Assembly (NCBI RefSeq): GCF_006345805.1
Contig: NC_043020.1
Span: 17,484,001-17,548,000, forward strand
DNA length: 64,000 nt
Origin: Octopus sinensis
Taxonomy: Eukaryota
Direction: 5' to 3'
Below the pieces are notes generated by a model, which was not told the origin of the DNA, did no database searches, and saw only the letters and a program-made list of their open reading frames with translations. Made by a program: the position numbers and the translations under genes. This document shows, piece after piece, positions 12,760-26,284 of this stretch (position 1 is the stretch's first letter; the number at the start of each line of letters is the position of its first letter).

Positions 12760-13150
12760 ACAGCAGAAATACTGATGCTGGTGCCATGTAAAATGCACCA
12801 GTGCTTGTGTCACGTAAAAAGCACTGGTGATGGTGCCATGTAGAAAGCACTGGTGATGGTGCCACGTAGAAGGCACTGGTGACGGTGCCACGTAAAAAGC
12901 ACTGGTGACGGTGCCACATAGAAATCACTGATGACGATGTCACGTAGAAGGCACTGGTGACGGTGCCACATAAAAAGCACTGGTGACAGTGCCACATAAA
13001 GCCCATCATTGGCATTAGGAAAGGCATCCAGCCATAGAAACTATTCCAAAACAGACACTGGATCCTGGCTCAGCCTCCAGCCTTACCAGCTCCTGTCAAA
13101 CCATCCAACCCGTGCCAGCATGGAGAATGGACATTAAATGTTGATGATGA
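12760..13150 (+). repeat. RTE-tailed repeat with an internal minisatellite (about 8 copies of a ~29-bp unit)
   Basis: Unit (gc)actggtgacggtgccacgtagaag repeats over 12770-13000, followed by ggcattaggaaaggcatccagc...agcatggagaatggacattaaatg(ttg)atgatga. Confidence 0.8.
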
Positions 13151-13711
13151 TCTTACCTCAATTTGTCTTACACTACGCAACATAATCATTACACCTCATT
13201 GTACCACATACAATACACTGCACCACATCACACCAACTGCATTGTGGTACACACACACACACACATGCACCCATCACACCTCACCATATATCGCCATCAC
13301 TTACTTTGGCTACACTGACTACAACACGTCCTCATCTTTTTACATCAATCAATCAATACGTTTGTATGTGTTTGTGCATACACACACATTTGCCAAATTG
13401 ACTACACTGACTCTTTAGCTATAACCATCACCACCACCACCACCACCACTTTATAGTATTGATGAAATATTGAGCGCTGTCCAATAACATTATTACAATG
13501 TTTATAAAATATTGGAACAAAACCAAATTTCTCCAAAGATGGTCGGATGGCTGAATCAGTAGAGTACCACACAAAATGCTATGCAATATTTGTTTCATGC
13601 TCTTCATTTTCCTGAGTTCAAATCCCGCTTACGTCAACTTTACCTTTCATCCTTGATGGGGGTGGGGGGGATAACACCTTGTAACAAAATTTTAATTTTT
13701 TTTGTCTCTGG

Positions 13712-14330
13712 TCAGTAAGTGCTATTTCCTATTTGCTTCTATCTAGAAATTGAATGAAATCACTTCCATTCCCTTCAAACTTTGCTTTGGTGACTTGGAC
13801 ATCAATGTTTTAAAACTGACCTATTTTCCATTACATTTCAGACAGATTCAGTACTGAGTTGCTGAAGCAGAAATATCGTTGAATACTCTGGTCAGTACCA
13901 CAGATTTGCTTGTCAGTTGCTTGACCATAATCACTTGAGCTTGTCCACTTAGTGGCTGACAATATGTACAATTCTGATGATGAGCAGAAGTAGTGGGGGT
14001 GCATCATAGCTATATGTTGAGGGATTCTTTCTGTTTTGAATAAACATAGCAAAAGCAAAGTTTGAAGGGAATATTAGCCATTTTTTTAATAGTTTCTAGG
14101 GTAAGCAAATAAGAAATGACAGTTGCTATCCAAGGACAAAAATCATGTTACACAGTGAGCAGGAGTAAAGGGGGAGCATCATAGCCATGTGTTGAGAGGG
14201 ATTCTTTGAGGTTTGAATAGATGTAAGGAAAGCAAAGTTTGAAGGGAATATTAGCCATTTTTTATACATTCTTGGGGTAAGCAAATAGGAAATAACAGTT
14301 GCTACCCAAGGACAAAAATCGTGTTACACT
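13712..14330. mobile_element. MITE-like element with long imperfect TIRs; right end tandemly duplicated
   Basis: ttcccttcaaactttgcttt (~13770) is inverted to aaagcaaagtttgaagggaa (~14053 and ~14230). 13982-14156 is repeated at 14157-14330. A homologous reverse-complement copy lies at 62060-62410. Confidence 0.6.
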
Positions 14331-14400
14331 GTGTAATACAGGGTAATTCACAATGAATGGTACAAAAAAAGAAGACATACCAGTAAGTGCTATAAAGAAT

Positions 14401-14848
14401 CATCATCATCATCATCATTTAACGTCCGTTTTCCATGCTAGCATGGGTTGGACAGTTCAACTGGGGTCTGGGAAGCCAGAAGGCTGTGCCAGGCCCAGTC
14501 TGATCTGGCAGTGTTTCTACAGCTGGATGCCCTTCCTAACGCCAACCACTCCGAGAATGTAGTGGGTACTTTTTATGTGCCACGTGCACAGGTGCCAGAC
14601 GAGGCTGGCAAACGGCTACGATTGGATGGTGCTTTTTACATGCCACCAGCATGGGGGCCAGACGAGGCTGGGAAACGGCCATAATCAGATGGTGCTTTTT
14701 ACGTGCCACCGGCACAGAGGCCAGTCAGGGCGGCGCTGGCAACGGCCACTTTCGGATGGTTCTCTTACGTGCCACTGGCACTGGTTTCACAGCTACAATT
14801 TCCATTGATGTTGAATGATTTCAATTTTGATTTTGATTTGCCTCAAAA
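14401..14848 (-). mobile_element. RTE-tailed SINE-like repeat, single monomer of the family forming the array at 59856-62055
   Basis: It has a (CAT)n tail at 14401-14418, the conserved ggatgcccttcctaacgccaacc motif and the same internal blocks as the array units. Confidence 0.8.
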
Positions 14849-15685
14849 TCAAGAATATATTGCAAAAACACAGCTGTTTGACTGTCAGTAGGAACTTGAA
14901 AGATTGTCCTTTTGCATTACGTCTGTATTTTTGCAATATCTTCAGTACAACACCTGCATGTACATTTTCTTGTACCATTCGTTTTGAATTGCCCTGTAAT
15001 AAGGTGCCTGTTAAATGCTACAGTTGATGTAATTGATTAACTACCTCCCTCTGAATTAGTGGACTTGCATTTAAATCAGGAATAATTATTTAAAGGCCGT
15101 GAACAAACAGACACGGTAGAGCCTTGGAAAATAAAAATACTGGGATCGATTGTATCAATTAACTCTCACCCATTGAAATTACTGGCCATGTGCCTGAATG
15201 AGAAACAAGTGTTATTGTTGTAGAATTAATGAAATAACGAACTAAAACAAAGCTCTCCGATTACAAACATCATCAACCAAGTTCTCTCTCCTTCTTCCTT
15301 TAATTATCATCCATTCTACATGACAGCATATGAGGCAGTGAGCTGGCAGAATCGTTTGCACATCAAGCAAACTGCTTACTGCCATTTCATCCATTGTTAC
15401 ATTTTGAGTTCAAATTCTATAGGGTTAATGCAGTATGTTATTTACACTGAGATAGCTTTTAGCCCACATTGCTGACATTGTAGCCATTATGACAAAGCAT
15501 TTTAACAGTATTTACCCCCCCCACCCTGCTGACAAACCTTCCCTGAACCCATCTTACTAACACTCTTTCTCGCCACCCATGCTCACTGCATTTACATTTG
15601 ACCTATGTATGTATGGAAAAGTGCATGTTAAAATGATGATGATGATATAGGTGCAGGCATGGTTATGTGGTAAGAAGTGGGCTTA

Positions 15686-16102
15686 AGGGCGGCAAGCTGG
15701 CAGAATCATTAGCTCGCCGGGCGAAATGCTTAGTGGTATTTTGTCTGTCGCTACGTTCGGAGTTCAAATTCTGCCGAGGTCGACTTTGCCTTTCATCCTT
15801 TCGGGGTCGATTAAATAAGTACCAGTTACGCACCAGGGTCGATATAATTGACTTAATCCGTTTGTCTGTCCTTGTTTGTCCTCTCTGTGTTTAGCCCCTT
15901 GTGGGTAGTAAAGAAATAGGTATTTCGTCTGCCGCTATGTTCTGAGTTCAAATTCTGCCAAGGTTGATTTAGCCTTTCATCCTTTCGGGGTCGATTAAAT
16001 AAGCACCAGTTACACACTGGGGTTGATGTAATCGACTTAATCCCTTTGTCAGTCTTTGTTTGTCCCCTCAATGTTTAGCCCCTTTTGGGCAATAAAGAAA
16101 TA
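15686..16102 (+). mobile_element. SINE family B dimer
   Basis: Junction aaagaaata|ggtatttcgtctgcc at ~15918. Confidence 0.85.
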
Positions 16103-16389
16103 AGTGTGCTTCCCAACTACATGTTTCCATGTTCAGTCCCACTCTGTGGCACCTTAGCCAACTGTCTTCTATAGCTTTGAGCCAACCAAAGCTTTGTGAG
16201 TGGGTTTGGTAGATGGAGACTGAATGAAGCCCATCATAGATATGAATATTTCTGTGTGTGTCTTTGTGTCAGTGTTTGTCCCTCACTACTACATGACAGC
16301 CAGTGTGGTGTACTTACATCCTCATAACTTAGCGGTTTGGCAAAAGAGACCGATAGAAAAAGTACCAGTATTAAAAAAAAAATTATTAA

Positions 16390-16609
16390 CCCTTTCATTA
16401 CTGTATTTATTTTGAGATGCTCTGTGTTTCTTTCAATTACTTTAAATATAACAAAGAATTTTGTAAAATAACTTAGTTATCATTCAGCTAGTGTTAGGAA
16501 CATAAATTGTGACTAAGGTTTGGTGGAAGATTTTAATTCAGAACTTATGAAAACAAGACATTTATACTCAGAGCCAGAGGCGGTTTCAGCCAGGTTGGTA
16601 TCGAGAGGG
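16390..16609 (-). mobile_element. piggyBac MITE family 1 (220 bp)
   Basis: TTAA on both sides (16386-16389, 16610-16613) and CCC...GGG ends. Confidence 0.88.
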
Positions 16610-17281
16610 TTAAGGTCGATTCTTTTGACTAAAAATTCCTCAGTTTAGTGCCCCAGTTTGGCCACCGTGTAGTAACTGAAACAAGTAAAAGATATGTTCG
16701 AGATGTATTATATTTTGAAATAAAACAGGTAGTCATGGCTTGAATACTCTGAACATAGATCTTGGAGCTGACCTGGATTTTAAAAAAGGTGAGAGATAAT
16801 ATTTATCACCACTTAAACCTAGATGTTCTGTTAGAACAAAGTCTATTGCAGTAGGTAACATGAGAGAAATTCTCATATTGGCTTTTTAGTGCAAAATGCA
16901 CTGTTTATATTGCTAGCAGGGAGATAAATTCCTGCCATCTCCAGCACCAACACCACCAGATCATATGATTTCAACCTTGTTTGGTCTTGTCAATGATGGA
17001 CACTCAATCACTAGAAGCAGCAGTAATTCGTCTCCTTGCCAGCAAATTATAGAAAAACATTGCCAGAAAAGGCGCTAGTGTCACAATTAACCAGTTAGCT
17101 TATTAAACAAAATATATTAGCAACAGAGACAGTATTAATAACAAGAGGTAATATTTATCCTCACTCAAACATGGATGTTCTATTTGAAGAAACTCTACTG
17201 CAGTAGATTCCTTGAGAGAAACCCTCATATTAGCTATTTTGGTGCAAAATGTCCTCTTGTTTATATAACTAGCGGGCAGAT

Positions 17282-17680
17282 GTGGAGGCGCAATGGCCCA
17301 GTGGTTAAGGCAGCGGACTCGCGGTCATAGGATCGCGGTTTCGATTCCCAGACCGGGCGTTGTGAGTGTTTATTGAGCGAAAACACCTAAAGCTCCACGA
17401 GGCTCCGGCAGGGGATGGTGGTGATCCCTGCTGTACTCTTTCACCACAACTTTCTCTCACTCTTACTTCCTGTTTCTGTTGTACCTGTATTTCAAAGGGC
17501 CGGACTTGTCACTCTCTGTGTCACGCTGAATATCCCCAAGAACTACGTTAAGGGTACTCGTGTCTGTGGAGTGCTCAGCCACTTACACGTTAATTTCACG
17601 AGCAAGCTGTTCCGTTGATTCGGATCAACCGGAACCCTCGTCGTCATAACCGATGGAGTGCTTCCAAAAAAAAAAAAAGT
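17282..17680 (+). mobile_element. Young tRNA-derived SINE family C, full length
   Basis: Head ggcgcaatggcccagtggttaagg...ggtttcgattcc has A/B boxes. It has an A-rich tail, an 8-bp TSD gggcagat (17274-17281, 17681-17688) and intact CpGs. Confidence 0.9.
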
Positions 17681-18841
17681 GGGCAGATAAATCCCTGACC
17701 TCCCCAGCACCAAGACCACCAGATCACGTGATTTTAAACTTGTTTGGTCTTGTCAAGGATGGACACTTGACTGCTAGAGACAGCAGTAATTCATCTCCCC
17801 ACCATCGATATATGGAATGCCAGAGCCAAACAGGTGCTGGTGTCATGATTAGCCAGTTAGCTCGTTAAACAACAACTTACTCAACAATTTATTCTGTCCG
17901 TGCAAAGACTGGACAGTTGGAAATGATGTACTTATTTCTTTCTCTTCGTTACATAATCTACAATTGTTAATTAACCTTTTATCATTTTATTTTTAGTTGT
18001 TGTTTTATGCCAAGACATTGATGTTGTATTTCTGAATCCAATCCAAAGTTTCCAACCCATTGTTCTCTCTCCTATTGACTTCTCCTCACCAATGTCTGTT
18101 CTTGCATTATACTAACCTTGGAGACTTCTTTCTTCCCGTTATTTTTGTTACTGTCGAAATGAAATTATTATTTACAACAACAAAAAAAAATCCAAAAAAA
18201 TTCATTATTTCTTTTGTGTCGTTTCTGAGTTTTACTTTCAAGATTTTTTTCCTGATGTTTCTATAAAGCAGCTTTTAGCTTTCAGTATCTCATTTGATTG
18301 TGATTGTTTCCTTGTAAACTATAAACATGGAGAAAACTTGGTTTCTGTCATGCTATCTTATACAATTCAGTCTTCCTTTGTAGTGTCTGTTTCATAATAG
18401 ACTCACCGTACTTTGTATTAGTAGTATATTGTATTACTAATGTGCCCAAATGAAAAATTATGACTATTTTGTTAATTATAGAGAAGAGTGCATCCATTTA
18501 AATGAAATTAAACATTAATTGGCTTGCTTGCTTTTGAAATATTGTCCATAGCAATAGTAGTAATAGCAGCAGCAACAGTGTTCTCATTGTTTATATAAGA
18601 AGGTCCATTCCATCTTCTTTATATATCTAGAACTACATTGTCCGATATATCCTTATCGAAGATTGTAAGATGAGGTTTGAATGTGATTGAGCTGTTATTT
18701 TCAGCAGTACCATCAACCATGCAGACAAGCTGATGTGTAATGACATCACTTTACTTCTTAAGCAGCAATACAGCTGAGAACTTTCACTTGTTCTGCCTCT
18801 CATGATCTCACTATTATCAGTGTCCCAGACAAAAATATTAA

Positions 18842-19061
18842 CCCTTTCGTTACCAACCCGGCTGAAACTGGCTCTGGCTCTGAGTACAAATGTCTTGTTT
18901 TCATAAGTTCTGAATGAAAATCTTCCACCAAACCTTAGTCGCAATTTATGTTCCTAACATTAGCTGAATGATAACCAAGTTATTTTACTAAATTCTTTGT
19001 TATATTTAAAGTAATTGAAAGAAACACAGAGCATCTCAAAATAAATACAGTAACGAAAGGG
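18842..19061 (+). mobile_element. piggyBac MITE family 1 (220 bp)
   Basis: ttaa|ccctttcgttac...gtaacgaaaggg|ttaa: perfect 12-bp TIR and TTAA TSD. Confidence 0.92.
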
Positions 19062-19574
19062 TTAATATCAGTGGACTATTAACAATCCTTTGGACAGGTG
19101 ACTTCCTCTCTAGCCATGGGCCAGCCAATATTGTGTGAGTGAATTTGGTAGGTAGAAACTGTAAGAAGCTTGTTGTGTATGTATGCATGCTTGGCCTAAA
19201 TAAATGTTGCATTCTGTACATTTTGTATGTAAAACCCCTGAGTTACAGACATTGAAGGTTGTTGTCCTTTCCCCATCAATAAATTCTTTGCTGGTTCTGT
19301 GCTTTCAAAGATGTGTGGAATAATCCATCTGACAAACTTCCACACAGTTCCTGTATATCTGATTTCCCTTACAAGGCTTGGGTTGGCCCAAGGCTGTGAT
19401 AAGAGACACTTGTCTGAGATGTCACATAGTGAGTTTGAACAGAGGAACTTGTGATTTCAAAGTGAACTTCTTAACCGATTTGGCCATGCTGCATCTGAAG
19501 AACGCATAGGAGTATTAATATTCACAACAGTAAATCTAATGGCATCAACATTACCATAGTTCATATTCAGTTGA

Positions 19575-19918
19575 AAGTAAAGGGTAAAGACACCTCCCAC
19601 CTTTGGTCATGAATGACCATTGGTTTACGCCTAGAAAGTTGCCCTCCGAGGCACAAGTCTGAGCAAGATTGTTTATGGAAGAACAGCAGTTACCCATGCT
19701 TACCAGTCTCCCCTCTCTGTGCCACTGATGTTTCCTAGGAAGAGGCAAAGGCTGGTACCACCAGTGACATTACAATTCATTTCTACAGCTGAATGAGCTG
19801 GAGCGATGGGAAATAAAGAATCTTGCTCAATAACACAACACACAGCCCTATCCAGGAATCAAACTCACAATCTTGTGATTGTAAACCCAATGCTTTAACC
19901 ACTGAGCCATATGCCTTC
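19575..19918 (-). mobile_element. Degenerate tRNA-derived SINE (further family)
   Basis: The minus strand begins gaaggcatatggctcagtggttaaagcattggg...gtgagtttgattcc (tRNA-like head). Confidence 0.6.
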
Positions 19919-20420
19919 ACATATAGTAGTTTCAACAATTCTACTAAATATCAAATATGTCTGTTCTTACTATTACACTGCAGTACAGTTCTATATTTAA
20001 GAGATGAGGGATTATGTACATTATTTACATTAGACAGATATTTGTCATCTTGTTTGTTAACACGTTTCAGCTGATATACCCCTAGTGTGCTAACGACTCT
20101 TCTACCTTGCTACCTTTAATTTGAAAGGAATATTACTACATTGGCACCCTCACAGAAGGATTGTTGGATTTACCTGTCATACGAATCCCAGATTTACCTG
20201 GGATTTGTATTCTGCATACATTTACTGGTATTTACTTGTTGGAAATTTAACTTTATTCCTTTCAACAGAGTGCTTACTTGAAATCTACCAAGATTTTTTA
20301 ATCGCATTTTTTTCTTTTATACATATATATTATATCATGTTATATTTGGGGATGGTCATATTTTTTGCCATTTAACCACACACACTATCAGGGATCTTGT
20401 AAAAGAAAGACATAAATGTT

Positions 20421-20427
<7 letters not shown>

Positions 20428-20485
<58 letters not shown>

Positions 20486-20913
20486 GCAGGAGTGGCTGTG
20501 TGGTAAGTAGCTTGCTAACCAACCACATGGTTGCAGGTTCAGTCCCACTGCGTGGCATCTTGGGCAAGTGTCTTCTGCTATAGCCCCGGGCCAACCAATG
20601 CCTTGTGAGTGGATTTGGTAGACGGAAACTGAAAGAAGCCTGTCGTATATATGTATATATATATATGTGTGTGTGTTTGTGTGTCTGTGTTTGTCCCCCT
20701 AGCATTGCTTGACAACCGATGCTGGTGTGTCTACGTCCCCGCCACTTAGCGGTTCGGCAAAAGAGACCGATAGAATAAGTACTGGGCTTACAAAGAATAA
20801 GTTCCAGGGTTGATTTGCTCGACCAAAGGCGATGCTCCAGCATGGCCACAGTCAAATGACTGAAACAAGTAAAAAAAAAATATATATATATGTATATATA
20901 TATATATTTGGGG

Positions 20914-20970
<57 letters not shown>

Positions 20971-21039
20971 GTGTGTGTGTGTGTATATGTTTGTGTATAT
21001 ATATATATATATATACACGTGTGTGTGTGTGTATATGTT

Positions 21040-21099
<60 letters not shown>

Positions 21100-21100
21100 G
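20428..21100. repeat. (TA)n/(TG)n microsatellites flanking a SINE A copy
   Basis: Seen directly at 20428-20482 and 20881-21100. Confidence 0.95.
20483..20880 (+). mobile_element. SINE family A, full length
   Basis: Complete head, internal microsatellite and tail. Confidence 0.9.
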
Positions 21101-23994
21101 TAATATCTCCACACACATACCACTACCAAATATAATTATCAATTTGTATTTTCAATTAACACCCAATACAATATCTACTGCTTTGCATGTTTCTAATAAC
21201 CAACATGTCATCTAATTAATGAATGAGTGAACCATTTACACCTCCACTGTCTCCACCACCTTCTCACTTCCTCTTAGCATTCCAATACCATTGTTTGTTG
21301 TCCACATTTATTCTTGGACACTCCTACAGAAAAAGAATGTATATTTTGTGTGGACCTGTAAGAATACATATTACTTTTCTTGGAAATGTTCGAAATAATT
21401 TGGCCCCTTTTTGGTGGATGGGATGGGTGGGAGGATGCTTTTGTTGTCTAGCTCCAGGTCAACTCATCAAGCAAACCTTAGGTCAAAGACATTCCAACTG
21501 TGACCATCCTGACCCCACTTTTTTTCTTTGTGTGTCTATCTGAGGCACAGGCATGGCTGTGTGGTAAGGCACTAGCTTCCCAATCTCATGGTTCCGGGTT
21601 CGGTCCTACTGCATAGCACCTTGGTCAAGTGCCTTGTGCTATAGCCTCAGACAAACCAAAGCCTTGTGAGTGGATTTGGTAGTCAGAAACGGAAAGAAGC
21701 CCATTGTATATATATATATATATGTTTGTGTGTGTGTTTTTATGTGTGTCTGTGTTTGTTACCACGCCAACCATTTGACAACCAATGTTGGGGTGTTTAC
21801 TTCCCCATAACTTGGGGAAAAGAGGCTTGGCAAAAGAGACCCATAGAATAACTAGTAGGCTTACAAAGAATGTCCTGGGGTTGATTTTTTGACTATAACC
21901 CTTTAAGGTTATGACTGTTCCTTGAATGCTTCCTTTGTTACCACACAGCCACACATATTTAGAAAAAAAATGCAGAAAACTATTGCCAGTGTCGTGTAAC
22001 TGGTACCCTTGCTGCTGTTATGTAAAAAGCACTATACAAACATTAGGCGTCACAGAAGCAGTGACCGAAACCTTTAGCAATGCACCATGCTTGAGAGGAC
22101 ATGTCAAGCCAAGTGAGATCGTAGTTGTGGCTTATGCCAGTGCTACGTAACTGGCACCCATGCTAGAGGCATATAAAAAAGCACCCTCTACACTCTTGGA
22201 GTGGTTGGCGTTAGGAAGGGCATCCAGCCATAGAGACCATGCCAAATCAGATTGGAACCTGTTGCAGCTTACCAGTTTTCGGTCAAATTGTCCGGCATGG
22301 AAAACGGATGTTAAATGATGATGAGGATGATGGTGATGAGTTGTGTATAACTATCATCAACATTTAACGTATGTTTTCCATGCTAGCATGGGTTGGATGG
22401 TTTGACAGGAACTGGGAAGGCCAGGGGCAGCATCAAGTTCCATAGTCTGTTTTCATTTGGTTTCTACAACTGGATGCCCTTCCTAACACCAACTACTCTA
22501 CAGAGTGTACTGGGTGCTTTTTACATGATGCCATCACCATTCAAGCCTTACTATGGACTTTCTATGAGCTTTTCTAAATCTTTAAATTTCATTTTCTAAA
22601 TCTACAGTGCAGTGTTTGATAACCATTGCTATAAGGTGTAATTTGAAAGTCATTTGGTTGCTATATCTGGCAAATCAAGCAATAATATAGGGCCTCTCTC
22701 AATGGCTTGTCTCTTCGATAATCCATTGAAGAAGTGAAATGGCTAAGTGGTTAAAGTATCAGACCACTTGCATGAGGCCACAGGTTCAAGTCTTTTGCAT
22801 GCATTTTTGTTGTGTTTTAGTGATAAGAGAATAAGTAACACAAAATTCGCTTTCAGAATGTTACAGTAGGCTGGTGTTTTATCTGTCAAGAGATTGATCT
22901 CTGATTCATTTTATCTTCATCATATATCTCTTTTCCATGTTGGCAGTTTTCCATGCTGGACAGTTTGACTGGAGCTGGCTAGCCAAGGAACTGCCTAGGC
23001 TCCATTTGTCTGTTTTACCATGGTCTCTACAGCTGGCTGCCCTTCCTAATGCCAACCACTTTACAGAGTGTGCTGGGTGCTTTTTTATGTGGAAAGCACC
23101 AGTCTCTAAAAAGTTTCTCAAGATTTAGGAGACATTTAAAGGTGCAGGAGTAGCTGTGTGGTAAGATGTTTGCTTCCTAACCACATGGTTCTGGGTTCAG
23201 TTCCACTGCATGGCACCTTGGGCAAGTGTCTTCTTCTTTAGCCTCAGGCCAACCAAAGCCTTGAGAGTGGATTTGGCAGATGGAAACCGAAAAAACCCAT
23301 CGTGTCTGTGTGTGTGTCTTTGTGTCTGCATTTGTCCACCTATCACCACTTGACAACCAGTGTTGTGTGTTTATATCGCCATAACTTAGCAGTTCAGCAA
23401 AAGGGACCAATAGAATAAGTACTAGGTTTTAAAAAAATAAGTCCTCAAGGCAGTGCTCCAGCATGGCCACAGTCAAATGACTGAAACAAGTAAAAGAATA
23501 AAATAAACAGATTCATATTGTCACTGCAGTGCTGTCTTCTTGATTAGGACACTTAACTCTGAATGGTATGGCCTGAATGGGCCATCGCAGCCCTGAGCTG
23601 ACACACATTTCCTAACAGTTTAGTAAACTACCCTTGTCTGTCTGTGATTTTTTTCTATTCTTATAATCCTCAATTCTATTCTTATAATCTTGCACTTTAA
23701 GCAACTGCACCTGTTGCCCAGTCCTAAACACCATATCAACATCATCATCATGTGGCATCCGTTTTCTATGCTGGAATGGGATGGACAGTTTGACAGGAGC
23801 TAACAAGCTGAGGGCTGCTCCAGGCTCCAGTTGTTTTTTGGGGGCTTGGTTTCCACAGCTGGATGCCCTTCCTAATGCCAACCACTTTACTGAGTGTACT
23901 GGGTGTCTTTTATGTGTCACTGCCATGGAGTCATTTGACATGGTGCTGGCACAACCACATTTTTGATGTGGCATTAGCATACTCTCTCTCTCTT

Positions 23995-24401
23995 TTTGCT
24001 CTTTTTACTTGTTTCAGTCATTTGACTACGGCCATGCTGGAGCACCGCCTTTAATCGAGCAACTCGACCCCCAGGACTTATTCATTTGTAAGCCCAGTAC
24101 TTATTCTATCGGTCTCTTTTGCCGAACCACTAAGTAACGAGGACATGAACACACCAGCATCAGTTGTCAAGCGATGTTGGGGTGACAAACACAGACACAC
24201 AAACACACACACGCATATATATATATATATACATATATACGACGGGCTTCTTTCAGTTTCCGTCTACCAAATCCACTCACAAGGCTTTGGTCGGCCCGGG
24301 GCTATAGTAGAAGACACTTGCCCAAGGTGCCACGCAGTGGGACTGAACCCGGAACCATGTGGTTGGTAAACAAGCTACTTACCACACAGCCACTCCTGCG
24401 C
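23995..24401 (-). mobile_element. SINE family A, full length
   Basis: Reverse complement of the family A consensus. Further minus copies lie at 24785-25080, 28185-28568 and 45258-45650. Confidence 0.88.
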
Positions 24402-26284
24402 ATGGATGCTTTTTATGTAGCACCAACATGGGCCCTTCTTTCGTGGTACTGGCATGTGTGTTTTTTACATGACACCAGCATGGGTGCTTTCTGCATGGCA
24501 TCAGCACACATTACTGTAATAGAAATAGTGTTTTTGTTTGGGGCTGAGACTAGAACTAGAATGCTACTCTTCTGTGCAAGAAACAAAGTTTAACCACATT
24601 TTAGGAAAAACTTCCTGTCAAAAGATTTCCTGTTCTGCTCAAATGCACAATGAAATATACACCCTGTATTTGAACTCCAAGAGCAATGAGCTCACTCATC
24701 CATCCTGTTGTTATACCACTTCTAAATATTAATGGCCTTCTTCCTTCTTGGATAATGTATTTTTTTTCTTTCTTTTTTTCTTTTATTTGTTTCAGTCAGT
24801 ACTTATTTTATCGGTCTCTCTTGCTGAACCGCTAAGTTACGCGGACGTAAACACACCAGCATCGCTTGTCAAGCGATGTTGGGGGACAAACACAGACACA
24901 CACATACACACATACATATATATACAATGGGCTTCTTTCAGTTTCCATCTACCAAATCCACTCACAAGGCTTTAGTCGGCCCGACACTATAGTAGAAGAC
25001 ACTTGCCCAAGGTGCCACACAGTGGGACTGAACCCAGAACCATGCGGTTGGTAAGCAAGCTACTTACCACACAGCCACCATATTTGTGTGGATGAATGTA
25101 TATTATGTTTGTGAGTCTGCATGTATGCATAAATGCAGCTAATTATGCAAGTGCATCTCTGAATTTGTGTGTGTGTGTGTATGTATGGGTGTACATGTAT
25201 GTACAAAAGACTTTATCAATATTTATGTGTGTATGTGCTTATTTTTGTGTGAGTGTTTGTGGTTGTATGTGTTTCTCTATTTGTGCATCTGTATATGTAT
25301 TTGTAACTGGCTTATGTGTGTGTGTATATATATGTGTGCACATGAGAGAAAGCATGACTATGTGTGTGAGAGAGAGAGACAGACATCTCACAGCTATGTT
25401 TAAACAGTTACAAGTATTGACTTGTAGTTGTTTTCAGTCTTCTGAAGCTTGACTGAACTCATCATCATCATCATCGTCATCATCATCATCAGTATTATTA
25501 ATTAGAGAAGCTAAAAATACCATTTTCTGTAGAGAAATCAATGTATTACAAATTTATCTTTACAGTTGTTTTCACTGCCAATCTTTCTCTATTTCAGTAA
25601 TAATGGCTCCTCCATTCTTTTGTTGTGTGTGTACTTTTTTTTTTTTAATATAGTTTTATAACTACAAGAATGGAATGGGAAGATTTTTGATAAATTTGGA
25701 CAAAAATCTATGTTTGTTTGTTTGTGTGTGTGTGTGTATGAGTATCTGGGATGTACTTCTGTCATCACCACCATCTTCATTTTCACCACCATCATCATCA
25801 TCATCATCATCACCACCATTTTCATTTTCACCATCATCATCATCATCATCATCACCACCATTTTAATTTTCACCATCATCATCACTAACAACAACAACAT
25901 TTTAATAAGGGAATGTTTACATGTTCACTTTATCTTTTATAAATAGTATTCAAATCTTCAAATTATTTTCTGTCTTCAAGAAAGGAAAGACACAACATAA
26001 TTCTAGATATGCAATTGCTGAATAAAAGATGGGATGGTTATAGCTGGTATGTCAGTCAAATAATGAACAGTCAACATGTTTGTCTCCATTACCACTTCAC
26101 TGTTTGACTGATCAGCAGTGTTAAGTTTCCTTTGTTAGGGTTTGTCTGGGATTAAATAATTTTAAGACATTTTTTTTACTATCTTTGCATGAGTTGAGTG
26201 AATCTAACAAGAACAGAAGTGAGAATGGTTTGGTGAATAAGAGAGAGAGATAAAGGAGGAATAGCAGAGAATGAAGAGAATATA

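Noticed and set aside
14850-15030. Possible coding fragment (ORFs 14793-14978, 14815-15027)
   Set aside because: No motif was recognised and no splice context supports it. It cannot be classified without a search.
17282-17360. tRNA gene
   Set aside because: It has A/B boxes but no closed acceptor stem or clean anticodon arm, and it continues into a repeat body with a TSD. It is a SINE head; the same applies to 62889, 63500 and 37380.
18600-18835. Possible extra exon or GIY-YIG remnant (YIGQ-like on the minus strand)
   Set aside because: Frames are interrupted by stops, and a single short motif is insufficient.
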